A stretch of 64,000 nt of DNA, taken from positions 748-64,747 of IMG/VR virus record IMGVR_UViG_3300034101_003180, one strand, 5' to 3'. The position numbers and the translations under genes were made by a program. Below the pieces are notes generated by a model that saw only the letters and a list, made by a program, of their open reading frames with translations, was not told the origin of the DNA and did not search any database. Source of the DNA: a virus (Duplodnaviria > Caudoviricetes). This document shows, piece after piece, positions 18,621 through 29,036 of the stretch (its first letter is position 1; every line of letters starts with the position of its first letter).

Positions 18621-21121
18621 AATTTTATACTGCCTGCGGTATCAAGGGAAACAAAATACTTGTTCGTGGTTATAAGAATGGTGTCCGATTTACGGATACC
18701 GTCTCTTTTAAACCATCACTCTTTATTCAGAGTGATGCAAACACCAAGTATAAGACTCTAACCGGAGTTCCGGTGAAGAAGATGATATTTGACACCCTAT
18801 ATGACTGCAGGGAGTTCTTGAAACAATATGCTAGCCTACAAGATTCGCCAATTTACGGAAATACTGATTTCGTCACTCAATATCTCTTGGAGACTTATGA
18901 GGGTGAGGTATTATACGATCTTTCCCAAATCAAAATAGCCTACTTTGATATTGAAAGCGAGTGCGAATCTGGATTCCCAGATCTTCGCAATCCAAATGAA
19001 AAGATTAATATCATAGGTGTTCGCATCTGTGGTGTTAACTATGCCATCACATGCAAGCAGATTAACATTCCCAACTGCAAACTTATTCTTGCAAGCTGTG
19101 AGAAGGATCTAATCAAGAAGTTCTTTGAACTTCTTCGAAAGAAGGATATCGATGTCATAACCGGCTGGAATGTCAAGTTGTTCGATATCCCTTATATCAT
19201 TGGAAGAGCCAAACTCTTCTTTGATGACGAGGAGATTCAGTCATGGATGCCCTTCAATCTGATGAAGGAGCGGGAGACAAATATCGGTGGTGTGGAGTAT
19301 CGCTTGTTTGAGTTTCCCGGATACACCATCCTTGATTACATGGATCTATACAAGAAGTTCTCGGGAACCAGCCAAGAGAGTTATGCCCTAAACTTCATTG
19401 CCAAGGCAGAACTTGACGAGCAGAAGTTGGATTATGCTGAGTATGGATCCCTGAAGGAATTCTATACCAAAGACTTTCAACGGTTTGCAGAGTATAACAT
19501 CCAAGACGTTGAACTAGTTGAGAAATTGGACAATAAACTTCGTCTCATTGACTTGGCGGTGTCTATTGCCTACGAAGCCAAAATTCCATTTGATGTTGTC
19601 TTCTTTGCCACTCGCATTTGGGGAACGATCTGCTGCGACTACTTGTTGCAGCGGAATATCATTCCACCCATTCAAACCACATACGCCAAGGACGAACAGT
19701 TTGTCGGTGCGTATGTGAAAGAGATCACACCAGGTCTTTACAAGAATGTTGTCAGCTTTGATGCCACAAGTCTGTACCCGAGCATCATAATGGGTTGGAA
19801 CATTTCCCCAGAAACCTGCATCAGCAAGGATTCATCTCTCAATGCAGATGACTTCTTGCTTAGTAAGAAAAAAGAGATCCCATCTCTGATTGAAGAGGCA
19901 ATTAAGCAGAACGGATGCTTGGCCTGCAATGGTTCTGTCTTCAGCAATAACTCCAAAGGATTTATTCCCATATTGATTGAGATAACTTTCAATCAAAGAA
20001 AAGAAGCAAAGTCCAAGATGTTGGAGTTGGAAAAGGAGTATGAGCATACAAAGAATAAAGATCTTCTTCCACGGATTGCTGCGCTCAAGATTCGCCAATC
20101 GGTCAAGAAGATTTTGGCCAACAGTTTGTACGGCTGTCTTGGCAATCCAGCATTCATCTATTCTTCTCCAGAATTGGCTACCGCAGTCACTGTGACAGGT
20201 CAGGCCATCATTCGTTCTGCAGAGAACGCAATGAATTCATACATCAGGAAACTAACCAAGAATGAAACTAAAGACTTTGTTCTCGCAGTGGATACGGATT
20301 CTGTGTACATCAATCTGGAAGATATTGTCACACAAATTTCAAGCAAGACCAAGATCTCAAACATCACAGATTTTGTTGACACAATCTGCGAACAAAACAT
20401 TCAAGTCGAACTGACGAAGGAAATGAACCTTCTTACAAAGACTTTGAACTGCAGTGAAAATAAAATCTTCTTCAAGCGTGAAGCGATTGCTTCGGCAGCA
20501 ATCTTTATTGCCAAGAAGAGATATGCCCTGCTGGTTCAAGATCTAGAAGGTGTTCGTTTTGAGGAACCCAAACTAAAGATCATGGGTCTTGAAACTGCAA
20601 GAAGCAGCACCCCTTTGATTGTGCGCAACAAATTAAAAGATTGCATTAAGATTATCTTGACCAAAACCCCCGAGGAGTTGCGAGAGTATGTGAATGAATT
20701 CCATGATGAATTTATAAATTTACCTTTGTCTACGATTGCATCTCCTCGGGGAGTCAAGGGCATAAAGAAGTACGAAGATAGAACTAAGATTTACAAATCA
20801 GGGACACCAATTGCAACCAAGGCTGCATTGCTACATAATGCATATATAAAGAAGATTGGAATAGATAAGCAATATCCTGAAGTGAAAGAGAATGACAAGA
20901 TTAAATTTGTTTTCTTGAAAGTTCCAAATCCTTATGGTACAGTGGGCAAAGAAAATGTTCTTGGTTTCATTAACTCACCACCAAAAGAATTCAATCTTGA
21001 AAAGTATGTTGATCGACAACTGCAGTTTGACAAAACATTCAAGGAACCACTTGATAATATTTTGCAATCAATTAATTGGAAATTAAATAAAGAAGTAACA
21101 CTTGAAGAGTTCTTTGTTTGA
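18617..21121 (+). CDS. gp43: Family B DNA polymerase
   Basis: FDIE exo I, YNIQDV, SFDATSLYPS, KILANSLYG, DTDS, KKRY; C-terminal TLEEFF clamp-binding motif. Confidence 0.97.
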   Translation: MKFYTACGIKGNKILVRGYKNGVRFTDTVSFKPSLFIQSDANTKYKTLTGVPVKKMIFDTLYDCREFLKQYASLQDSPIYGNTDFVTQYLLETYEGEVLYDLSQIKIAYFDIESECESGFPDLRNPNEKINIIGVRICGVNYAITCKQINIPNCKLILASCEKDLIKKFFELLRKKDIDVITGWNVKLFDIPYIIGRAKLFFDDEEIQSWMPFNLMKERETNIGGVEYRLFEFPGYTILDYMDLYKKFSGTSQESYALNFIAKAELDEQKLDYAEYGSLKEFYTKDFQRFAEYNIQDVELVEKLDNKLRLIDLAVSIAYEAKIPFDVVFFATRIWGTICCDYLLQRNIIPPIQTTYAKDEQFVGAYVKEITPGLYKNVVSFDATSLYPSIIMGWNISPETCISKDSSLNADDFLLSKKKEIPSLIEEAIKQNGCLACNGSVFSNNSKGFIPILIEITFNQRKEAKSKMLELEKEYEHTKNKDLLPRIAALKIRQSVKKILANSLYGCLGNPAFIYSSPELATAVTVTGQAIIRSAENAMNSYIRKLTKNETKDFVLAVDTDSVYINLEDIVTQISSKTKISNITDFVDTICEQNIQVELTKEMNLLTKTLNCSENKIFFKREAIASAAIFIAKKRYALLVQDLEGVRFEEPKLKIMGLETARSSTPLIVRNKLKDCIKIILTKTPEELREYVNEFHDEFINLPLSTIASPRGVKGIKKYEDRTKIYKSGTPIATKAALLHNAYIKKIGIDKQYPEVKENDKIKFVFLKVPNPYGTVGKENVLGFINSPPKEFNLEKYVDRQLQFDKTFKEPLDNILQSINWKLNKEVTLEEFFV

Positions 21122-21129
21122 GGTATAAT
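21102..21129 (+). promoter_or_regulatory. sigma70-like promoter, leaderless
   Basis: TTGAAG-16-TATAAT, ATG 8 nt later. Confidence 0.6.
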
Positions 21130-21137
21130 GTTAAGAT

Positions 21138-21434
21138 ATGGTAAAGAAAATTAAATCTAGATATGGTGATGAAAGAATTATCACACTTCTTGAAGACGGA
21201 TCTTACAAAGTCGAAGGTAGGTCAATGTATTCTCGCTTTGGCGATGGCTTATTCGATTTTGAAGGTGGGCCATGCTTTATCGTTGGTGACCGACTACTTG
21301 ATGTTAAAGATGATGTAATCATCGAATCCATCAAGATTCTTCATGACACTCCTGAAGGTGTCGCTGGTTGTATATTGTATGTAAAGGAAAATAATGTCAA
21401 AGTATCTAAAAAATCTAATCGGAAAAATAAATAA
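21138..21434 (+). CDS. Hypothetical protein
   Basis: 98 aa ORF behind promoter; KSRYG and DFEGGP motifs. Confidence 0.65.
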   Translation: MVKKIKSRYGDERIITLLEDGSYKVEGRSMYSRFGDGLFDFEGGPCFIVGDRLLDVKDDVIIESIKILHDTPEGVAGCILYVKENNVKVSKKSNRKNK

Positions 21435-22416
21435 TCCAGACGCAAAAATTGCTGAAGAAGGACTGGAGGGATCAGATGTCACTGGATTTATTGACACCGG
21501 ATCATATGTATTAAATGCTCTTCTTTCTGGAACAATCTATGGCGGTCTTCCAAACAACAAGATCTCTTGCTTGGCTGGTGACCCAGCAACAGGCAAAACA
21601 TTCTATGCTATTGGAATTGCTTCACAGTTTCTAAAGGATAACAAGGATGGAGTAGTGGTTTACTTCGATACGGAGCAAGCTATTACCAGTGATATGTTCA
21701 AGCAACGTGGTATCGATATGGAAAGAGTTGCAGTAGTTCCTGTATCCACTATTGAAGAATTTAAAACACAATCACTAAAGATTGTTAATGATGTAATTGA
21801 ACAACCCGAAGAAGACCGAAAGCCTGTTCTGTTTGTTCTTGATTCTTTGGGTATGTTGTCAACAGAAAAAGAGATGAACGATTCTGCTGAAGGCAAAAAT
21901 GTTCGTGACATGACAAAGGCCCAACAAACTAAAGCAACATTTCGTGTTCTTACTCTTAAACTTGGAAAGGCCAAGATTCCAATGCTTATGACCAATCACA
22001 CATATCAGGTGATTGGTGCATACGTTCCCACTAAGGAACTTGGTGGTGGTGTTGGATTAAAATATGCAGCAAGCAACATACTTACGCTTTCAAAGAGCAA
22101 AGACAAGACTGATGAAGGTGTTGTTGGAATCTTTATTAAATGCACAAACTATAAGAATAGATTTGTCAAAGAGAACATGAATGTAGAGACTCGTCTCAAC
22201 TACACTTCTGGTCTAAGCAGATACTATGGCCTAACCGATTTGGCAATCAAGTATGGTATTTTTAAAAAGGTATCAACACGAATTGAATTGCCGGATGGAA
22301 CAAAAGCATTTGAAAAAAATATTGACGAAGACCCAGAGAAGTATTATACTAAGGAAATCCTAGATAGATTGGACGCAGAGATTCAAAAGGACTTCAAATA
22401 TGGACAAGGTTCCTAA
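21394..22416 (+). CDS. uvsX: RecA-like recombinase
   Basis: DTGSYVLNALLSG, GDPATGKT, YFDTE, LDSLGML, NHTY. Confidence 0.95.
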   Translation: MSKYLKNLIGKINNPDAKIAEEGLEGSDVTGFIDTGSYVLNALLSGTIYGGLPNNKISCLAGDPATGKTFYAIGIASQFLKDNKDGVVVYFDTEQAITSDMFKQRGIDMERVAVVPVSTIEEFKTQSLKIVNDVIEQPEEDRKPVLFVLDSLGMLSTEKEMNDSAEGKNVRDMTKAQQTKATFRVLTLKLGKAKIPMLMTNHTYQVIGAYVPTKELGGGVGLKYAASNILTLSKSKDKTDEGVVGIFIKCTNYKNRFVKENMNVETRLNYTSGLSRYYGLTDLAIKYGIFKKVSTRIELPDGTKAFEKNIDEDPEKYYTKEILDRLDAEIQKDFKYGQGS

Positions 22417-22717
22417 TTATCGTTACACACCAGAATCAGACACAGACACAAACAAAACATGCCCAATAGAAATTGTGGATGGAGAATTTGCAGGAATTGT
22501 TTTTCGTTATGGAACAATTAATGTTTCAGAACACGACAATGACAATGTAAAGGTTACTATGGAGCTTGAAATTGTGAAGGGTCCTAAAAACTTTAATAAA
22601 GATACACCAGAATTTACAAATGCAGTTGGTGAAATTTTTGTTAAGATCATAGAAGAGCAGTCAGAGCGAGAACTTGAAGAAGCAGTCGATCTTGAAGATG
22701 ATGTTCATACGGATTGA
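22400..22717 (+). CDS. Acidic protein between uvsX and gp41 (gp40 position)
   Basis: IEIVDGEFAGIVFRYG; synteny only. Confidence 0.6.
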   Translation: MDKVPNYRYTPESDTDTNKTCPIEIVDGEFAGIVFRYGTINVSEHDNDNVKVTMELEIVKGPKNFNKDTPEFTNAVGEIFVKIIEEQSERELEEAVDLEDDVHTD

Positions 22718-22720
22718 TAC

Positions 22721-22748
22721 TGGACTTCTTAAAAAACCAAGACATAAT
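22721..22748 (+). promoter_or_regulatory. sigma70-like promoter, leaderless
   Basis: TGGACT-16-CATAAT, ATG 6 nt later. Confidence 0.55.
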
Positions 22749-22754
22749 TAAAAC

Positions 22755-24170
22755 ATGGAATCAGTAATTCTAAAGAACTTGGTCCTCAATGAGGACTATG
22801 CTCGCAAAGTTGTCCCGTTCCTCCAAGAGGAATATTTTCACGACAAGTCTGAAAAGACTGTGTTCGGTATCGTCGGCAAATTTATTTTAAAGTACAACAG
22901 CATCCCTACAAAGGATGCTGTTCTCATTTCTCTTGGAGACGAGAAAGCACTCAGTGAAGTTGAATTTAAGAAGTGTACATCTATTGCCGATGAGATGTAC
23001 AAAGAGGGTGAGAAGTCAGATACAGTTTGGCTAGTTGAACAGACAGAAAAGTTCTGCAAGGAAAAGGCAATCTACAATGGCATCATGGCATCCATTGGTA
23101 TTATTGAGGGCAAAGACAAAGAGAAGACTCAGAATGCTATTCCTGATATCATGTCAAAGGCTCTTTCTGTTTCTTTTGATACTAGAGTTGGCCATGACTT
23201 TTTGGAAGATGTTGATGAGCGATACGAGTATTATCACAGAGTAGAAGAGAAGGTACCATTCGATCTTGAGATGTTTAACAAGATCACCCGTGGTGGTACA
23301 CGCAAGAAAACCCTCAACGTAGTAATGGCAGCATCAGGTGTAGGGAAGAGTGCCTTCCTATGCCATCATGCGGCTGCGTGTCTGTCTCAAAATCTGAATG
23401 TTCTTTACATCACACTTGAGATGGCAGAGGAAGAGATTGCAAAGCGTATCGATGCCAATCTTCTTGACACAGACATGCATCACCTTGAGACTATGCCATT
23501 GACTCAGTATGAATCAAAGGTGGAAAATCTCAAGAGAACTTGCCGTGGCAAACTTATTATTAAAGAATATCCTACGGCTGCTGCAAACGTAACTCACTTC
23601 CGCAATCTCATGGAAGAACTTAAGATCAAAAAGAAGTTTGTTCCAGATGTGATCTTTGTAGATTATCTAAACATCTGTTCCTGTGCCAGGTTTAAACTTG
23701 GTAATGGTATGAACAGTTACACTTATGTCAAGGGAATTGCTGAGGAACTGCGTGGCATGGCCAAGCAGTACAACATTCCTCTTTGGACAGCAACACAGGT
23801 CAACCGTGAAGGTGCCAAGAGCAGCGACATGGAAATGACTGACACATCAGAGAGCTTTGGGTTGCCACAGACTGCGGACTTCTTCTTTGCTCTTATTGAG
23901 AATGAGGAACTTGCCGAGGCTGGGCAACTCATGGTGAAGCAATTGAAGAATCGTGGTAATGACACGACCAAGAACAGAAAGTTCTTAGTTGGAGTTAATA
24001 AGTCCAAGATGAAATTCTATGATGTTGACAACACGAATTCCAATCTTGTAAACTCCAATAACACCGATGAAGAGGGTTATGGGTCTGGGTCAGATGCCAG
24101 CACGTTCAATCCTCAATTTGGAAAGAAAAAGAATAAAGCAATCAATTGGACTTTTGAAGAAGCCAAATGA
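22755..24170 (+). CDS. gp41: Replicative DnaB-like helicase
   Basis: AASGVGKS, YITLEM, KEYPT, VDYLNI, ATQVNR, SESFGLP. Confidence 0.96.
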   Translation: MESVILKNLVLNEDYARKVVPFLQEEYFHDKSEKTVFGIVGKFILKYNSIPTKDAVLISLGDEKALSEVEFKKCTSIADEMYKEGEKSDTVWLVEQTEKFCKEKAIYNGIMASIGIIEGKDKEKTQNAIPDIMSKALSVSFDTRVGHDFLEDVDERYEYYHRVEEKVPFDLEMFNKITRGGTRKKTLNVVMAASGVGKSAFLCHHAAACLSQNLNVLYITLEMAEEEIAKRIDANLLDTDMHHLETMPLTQYESKVENLKRTCRGKLIIKEYPTAAANVTHFRNLMEELKIKKKFVPDVIFVDYLNICSCARFKLGNGMNSYTYVKGIAEELRGMAKQYNIPLWTATQVNREGAKSSDMEMTDTSESFGLPQTADFFFALIENEELAEAGQLMVKQLKNRGNDTTKNRKFLVGVNKSKMKFYDVDNTNSNLVNSNNTDEEGYGSGSDASTFNPQFGKKKNKAINWTFEEAK

Positions 24171-25153
24171 CACTATATATTGATAAGAAGTTTGTCAATT
24201 TGGTATCTGGTTCACTTGAGAAGTTTAAGTGGAAGAAAGATACACTAGCCACATGTAGATGTTTTAAGTGTGGCGACTCAAAGAAAAATAAGTCCAAGAC
24301 AAGGGGATATTTCTTTGAGCACAAAGGCCATTATGTTTACAAATGCCATAATTGCGGTTTTTCTTGCAACTTATATTCTGTACTTGAAAATATTAGCCCA
24401 TCACTCGCAAAGGAATATGCGTTTGAAAAATTTAAAGATGCGAATCCGAAACCAGTTGAGAAAAAACAAGATGCTCCCCGCCAACAAGTGTTTACTAATC
24501 TCGGAACGAGGATTGACTTACTCAATGCAGACCATACGGCGGTAAAATATGTTAAGTCCCGTGAAATACCTAAAGACAAATATTGCAACTTTTATTATTG
24601 CACTGACTTTGCAAAGGTCATGCATTCCTTTGGCCGTGAAGGGACCAAAGAACCCAGACTCGTCATACCATTCTATAACGATTTTGGGGAGCTTATCGGA
24701 GTTCAAGGACGCTCTCTTGACCCAACTGGTAAAGCGATACGCTATATTACGCTCAAACAAGAAGGTTGCGAGCGCCTTTGGTATAATCTAGATAAGATAG
24801 AGCCAAGGGATACTGTTTATGTAACAGAAGGCCCGATAGATTCTATGTTCATCCCAAATGGGGTGGCTATGCAAGGTGCTGGCTGGTTGTCTGAGTTGCC
24901 TGATAAAATAAAAAAATCCAAAGTTGTTTTTATATTTGATAATGAACCAAGAAATGTAGAGATTGTATCGTTAATAGGAAAGTACGTAGAGGCTGGACGA
25001 AATGTAGTAATCTGGCCATCAGAAATTGACAAGAAAGATATAAATGACATGGTGTTGGCTTACGGGATTAACACCACCATGAAACTAATAATTAATAATG
25101 TTTATTCTGGACTTGTAGCAAAAATGAAGTACACTTACTGGAAGAAAGTTTAA
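24167..25153 (+). CDS. gp61: DNA primase
   Basis: CxxCGDS...CHNC Zn finger, QGRSL, VTEGPIDS, FDNEPRN, KDIND. Confidence 0.95.
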   Translation: MTLYIDKKFVNLVSGSLEKFKWKKDTLATCRCFKCGDSKKNKSKTRGYFFEHKGHYVYKCHNCGFSCNLYSVLENISPSLAKEYAFEKFKDANPKPVEKKQDAPRQQVFTNLGTRIDLLNADHTAVKYVKSREIPKDKYCNFYYCTDFAKVMHSFGREGTKEPRLVIPFYNDFGELIGVQGRSLDPTGKAIRYITLKQEGCERLWYNLDKIEPRDTVYVTEGPIDSMFIPNGVAMQGAGWLSELPDKIKKSKVVFIFDNEPRNVEIVSLIGKYVEAGRNVVIWPSEIDKKDINDMVLAYGINTTMKLIINNVYSGLVAKMKYTYWKKV

Positions 25154-25154
25154 T

Positions 25155-25394
25155 ATGGAACATGAAGATAATGATGACATGACTGAAGAAGAGATCTTAA
25201 AGGCAAGTGAAGCCTATCTCATGTTTGTTCAAAGATTTTCTGAATATGTAAAGGAAATGGATTTTGTTTTATGGTCAAAGGCTAGAGAATATGCTGCTGA
25301 CTTTACAAAGATCCCTGGTGTTACTGTTGAACTTGTAGACAAGGATGAAGATACTAATGACAAAGATGATGGAAACAAGTCCGGAGCTGACTGA
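25155..25394 (+). CDS. Small acidic hypothetical protein
   Basis: 79 aa in operon context. Confidence 0.55.
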   Translation: MEHEDNDDMTEEEILKASEAYLMFVQRFSEYVKEMDFVLWSKAREYAADFTKIPGVTVELVDKDEDTNDKDDGNKSGAD

Positions 25395-26067
25395 AGTTAA
25401 AGTTCTTGATTATGGTCATGTACAACTAGTTGATTGTATGGGCACAGATCTTTCTGTTTGTGATGCTGCCCGCGTTTCTTTCAACAAGACAAGTCAATTG
25501 AATGAAGATGGTACTCTTGCAGAACGAGATGCTAAACTTATTAATTATCTTTCTAAGCATGATCACTTTACTCCATTTTGTCATGTAGTTGTAACACTCA
25601 GAGTTAAATGTCCAATTTTTGTTCGTGCTCAACTTGGTAAGCATCAGATTGGTCTTACTATGAATGAGGTGAGCAGAAGATATGTAACATTTGATCCCGA
25701 AATTTACATTCCTCTTTGGAGGTCGGCACCAATCAATGGTGCAAAGCAAGGAAGCAGCGGAAGAATTGAAGATATGGATCTCTGCATTAAGATGCGTCAA
25801 GAATATGATGCAGTTGCAAAAGAATGTGTTAAACTTTATAATGATCTTCTCGCTGATGGTGTTGCACCTGAGCAAGCCAGATCAATTTTACCGCAAGGAA
25901 CTTACACGGAATTTGTATGGACTGGTTCTCTCTATGCATTTGCCCGTATTTATAATTTGAGAATCGATGCCCACGCACAATGGGAAATTCAGGAATATGC
26001 CAAAGCAATTAACAAAATAATTGCTCCACTTTTCCCGGTTTCGTGGCAAACTCTAACAACTAAATAA
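25345..26067 (+). CDS. thyX: Flavin-dependent thymidylate synthase (start may be 25366/25369)
   Basis: AARVSF, HFTPF, KHQ...NEVSRRY, APEQARSILP, HAQWEI. Confidence 0.93.
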   Translation: MKILMTKMMETSPELTEVKVLDYGHVQLVDCMGTDLSVCDAARVSFNKTSQLNEDGTLAERDAKLINYLSKHDHFTPFCHVVVTLRVKCPIFVRAQLGKHQIGLTMNEVSRRYVTFDPEIYIPLWRSAPINGAKQGSSGRIEDMDLCIKMRQEYDAVAKECVKLYNDLLADGVAPEQARSILPQGTYTEFVWTGSLYAFARIYNLRIDAHAQWEIQEYAKAINKIIAPLFPVSWQTLTTK

Positions 26068-26092
26068 AGACACCAATATAGAAAGGCCCATT

Positions 26093-27982
26093 ATGCCAGA
26101 AATTTTATCACCATTTCAATCGTTTATTTTCATCTCTCGCTATTCAAGATGGCTTCCATCAGATGGTCGCCGTGAATCTTGGGATGAGTGTGTAGATAGA
26201 TGGTGGAATTATTTTACGGACAAAGTTCCTGCACTCGCAGATCGTCCAGACATCAAGAAGGCAATCCTTAATCTTGAGGTTCTTCCTTCCATGCGTAGTC
26301 TTATGACTGCTGGGCCTGCATTGGATCATGACAACACTTGTTTGTATAACTGTTCATATTTACCAATTGATTCTATTGATTCTTTTGCAGAACTGTTTGT
26401 CATTCTTATGAATGGTACTGGTGTTGGTTACAGTGTAGAGCGACAATACACTGACAAGTTGCCTGCTGTCGCTAATAAGATAGAAAAGGATTTTAATGTT
26501 GTTGTCAAAGTTGAAGACTCTAAAGAAGGTTGGGGAAACGCTCTCAAAGAAGTTCTACGACATCTGTATTCGGGTCGTCACGTTAAATGGGATGTGTCCG
26601 GGATCAGACCCGCTGGAGCTAGACTTAAGACTTTTGGCGGTCGCGCTAGTGGCCCTGCTCCTCTTGATAATCTCTTTAAGTTAATCGTAAAGGTATTCTA
26701 TGCAGCACAAGGAAGAAGACTTACTGCTTTGGAGTGTCACGATATATGCTGTGCTATTGCTAATGCTGTTATCGTAGGTGGTGTTCGTCGTTCTGCTATG
26801 ATTTCACTCAGCGATCTTTCTGATCGTGAGATGGCTCTATGCAAGAGCGGAGCATGGTGGGAGCAGGCTGGCTTCCGTTCTTACGCCAACAACTCTGCAG
26901 TTTACCGTGGTCGCCCACCAATGGGTCAGTTCCTTGAGGAATGGACTTCGCTCTACAACAGCCATAGCGGTGAGCGTGGAATGATCAATCGTAAGGCTCT
27001 TCAAGAGCAAGCAGCCAAATGGGGTCGTGATGCCGATGCTGAGTACGGAACCAATCCATGCTCGGAGATTATTCTGAAGCCATTTGAATTCTGCAATCTT
27101 TCAACCGTTGTTGTTCGTCCCGATGATACTGCTGCAACACTCAAGAAAAAGATTGAGATGGCAACAATTATTGGAACAGTTCAATCAACATTCACACACT
27201 TCCCATATCTTCGTCCTGAGTGGAAGAAGAACTGTGAGGATGAGAGACTTCTTGGTGTGAGCATGACTGGTATCTATGACAACAAGTTAACCAGTGGTCT
27301 TGAGGGCAAGCCAAAACTTATTCGTTTGCTTGAATCTCTCAGAGATCATGCAACAGCAACAAATCTTGATTGGGCAGAGAAGTTGGGAATCAACCCAAGC
27401 AAATCCATAACCTGCGTCAAGCCAGAGGGAACCACTTCCTGCTTGGTAGATTCTGCATCAGGTCTTCATCCAAGATATGCAGATTATTATTATCGCAGAG
27501 TTCGTATTGACAAGAAAGATCCAATCTATCAACTCATGAAAGATCAAGGAGTTCCTTGTGAGGATGATGTAATCAATCCAAACAACACTGCCGTCTTTAC
27601 ATTTGCAATGAAGGCTCCACGTGGCACAGTAACTACTGAAGATCTCCGTGCACTTGATCACTTGGATCTTTGGAAGACATACCAAGAACATTATTGCCAA
27701 CACAAGCCCTCTGTAACCGTAAACTACCGTGACAGCGAATTCCTTGAAGTTGGTCAATGGTTATGGGAAAACTTTGATGTTGCAACGGGAATCTCCTTCT
27801 TGCCAGGTGGTGACAATCATACATATGCTCAGGCTCCGTTTGAGCAGATTGACGCTGCAACTTATAATGAACACCCAAAGATCAAGGTTAACTTCAAGGA
27901 GTTGTCACAATACGAGTCACAAGACAACACAGAAGCAGCAAAGGAATTTGCATGCTCGGCAGGAGGTTGTCAAATAGTGTAA
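26093..27982 (+). CDS. nrdJ: Class II (B12-dependent) ribonucleotide reductase
   Basis: YNC, GGVRRSA, TNPCSEI, TCVKPEGT, C-terminal CSAGGC. Confidence 0.93.
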   Translation: MPEILSPFQSFIFISRYSRWLPSDGRRESWDECVDRWWNYFTDKVPALADRPDIKKAILNLEVLPSMRSLMTAGPALDHDNTCLYNCSYLPIDSIDSFAELFVILMNGTGVGYSVERQYTDKLPAVANKIEKDFNVVVKVEDSKEGWGNALKEVLRHLYSGRHVKWDVSGIRPAGARLKTFGGRASGPAPLDNLFKLIVKVFYAAQGRRLTALECHDICCAIANAVIVGGVRRSAMISLSDLSDREMALCKSGAWWEQAGFRSYANNSAVYRGRPPMGQFLEEWTSLYNSHSGERGMINRKALQEQAAKWGRDADAEYGTNPCSEIILKPFEFCNLSTVVVRPDDTAATLKKKIEMATIIGTVQSTFTHFPYLRPEWKKNCEDERLLGVSMTGIYDNKLTSGLEGKPKLIRLLESLRDHATATNLDWAEKLGINPSKSITCVKPEGTTSCLVDSASGLHPRYADYYYRRVRIDKKDPIYQLMKDQGVPCEDDVINPNNTAVFTFAMKAPRGTVTTEDLRALDHLDLWKTYQEHYCQHKPSVTVNYRDSEFLEVGQWLWENFDVATGISFLPGGDNHTYAQAPFEQIDAATYNEHPKIKVNFKELSQYESQDNTEAAKEFACSAGGCQIV

Positions 27983-27990
27983 AAACACGA

Positions 27991-28063
27991 TCCTCTGTAG
28001 CTCAGTAGGTAGAGCGGGAAGCTGTTAACTTCCATGTCACTGGTTCGATTCCAGTCGGAGGAG
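27991..28063 (+). tRNA. trnN: tRNA-Asn(GUU), no encoded CCA
   Basis: TCCTCTG/CGGAGGA acceptor, CTGTTAA loop, TTCGATT T-loop. Confidence 0.92.
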
Positions 28064-28073
28064 TTTAAAAAAT

Positions 28074-28101
28074 AAAATTCTCCCCAAAAGGGAGAATTTT
28101 T
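28074..28101. terminator. Bidirectional intrinsic terminator
   Basis: AAAATTCTCCC-loop-GGGAGAATTTTT. Confidence 0.75.
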
Positions 28102-28116
28102 GTTATAAATAATTTT

Positions 28117-28200
28117 GCCGGGGGAGTTGTGGCTCGCGTTTTCTCTTAAGTGGTCGAAGCACGCTTGACAGAGAACCAAGAAACACTCCCCTGCGCGAGG
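28117..28200 (+). ncRNA. Candidate pseudoknotted small RNA or leader
   Basis: GC-rich island between late boxes 28104-28111 and 28201-28208; three nested stems plus a 6-bp loop-tail pairing. Confidence 0.45.
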
Positions 28201-28211
28201 TATAAATATCT

Positions 28212-28772
28212 ATGTTCTATATGCTCGTAGGTGTTGACTACTCAATAACTTGCCCGTGTTTATGTCTCTATGATGAGCGTAAAGAATTTAAATTTGAAAA
28301 TTGTTCGTTCTATTATCTTACAACAGTTAAAAAATTTGCAGATAAAATTTTGCCAAATATTAATGGTGAAAGTTTCCAAGAGTATGTGATGGACGTGGAT
28401 CGGTTTGATACGATATCTGACTGGTCAAGCAAGTTATGTATGGGTGCCTCAGATGTAGCCGTAGAAGGCTATTCCTACGGTTCTAAAGGCCGTGTGTTTA
28501 ATCTGGCCGAGAACATGGGGATCTTCAAGCATAAGCTCTATAAGGCCGGGATTCCCGTAACCGTCATAGAGCCGTCCAAAGCAAAGAAACTCGCCACAGG
28601 CAAAGGAAACGCTGATAAAGTGGCAATGTATAAAGCCTTCTCTGAGGAGACTGGAACAAATTTAGCGTTTACTTTTAATCAAAAAACTTTGTCAAATCCA
28701 ATAACGGATATTGTAGACAGTTATTATATTCTCAAATCACTTCTTCAGTTAAAAACTGATCTTGCAAATTAA
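28212..28772 (+). CDS. RuvC-like Holliday junction resolvase
   Basis: GVDYS, VEGYSYGS...LAE, KK.ATGKGNADK, DIVDS. Confidence 0.8.
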   Translation: MFYMLVGVDYSITCPCLCLYDERKEFKFENCSFYYLTTVKKFADKILPNINGESFQEYVMDVDRFDTISDWSSKLCMGASDVAVEGYSYGSKGRVFNLAENMGIFKHKLYKAGIPVTVIEPSKAKKLATGKGNADKVAMYKAFSEETGTNLAFTFNQKTLSNPITDIVDSYYILKSLLQLKTDLAN

Positions 28773-29028
28773 TAACTTTATATTCATAAATTGGTTTTAG
28801 TTCTTTTGTTTCTTCCAATACAACAAGATGATAACCATTTTCATCCGCCATATATGCTTTACCCGAGAAACCAAAAGATTCTGCTAAAGCAACGATATTT
28901 AAATCATCGGTCTGAATAAGAGTCATATTATCATTTTTAACAATAACATGACCCAAAATTTTGTTTTCAAATAAAATATTGTAAACAGTGCAATCTGCAA
29001 GCAAAATTTTCTGAAGTTTATAGTTCAT
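28732..29028 (-). CDS. Hypothetical protein
   Basis: 98 aa, ATAAATA late-like box 5 nt upstream. Confidence 0.55.
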   Translation of the reverse strand: MNYKLQKILLADCTVYNILFENKILGHVIVKNDNMTLIQTDDLNIVALAESFGFSGKAYMADENGYHLVVLEETKELKPIYEYKVINLQDQFLTEEVI

Positions 29029-29036
29029 AATAATAT

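Noticed and set aside
18617-27982. Inteins or introns in gp43, gp41, nrdJ
   Set aside because: Proteins are of normal length and uninterrupted; no Hint motifs seen
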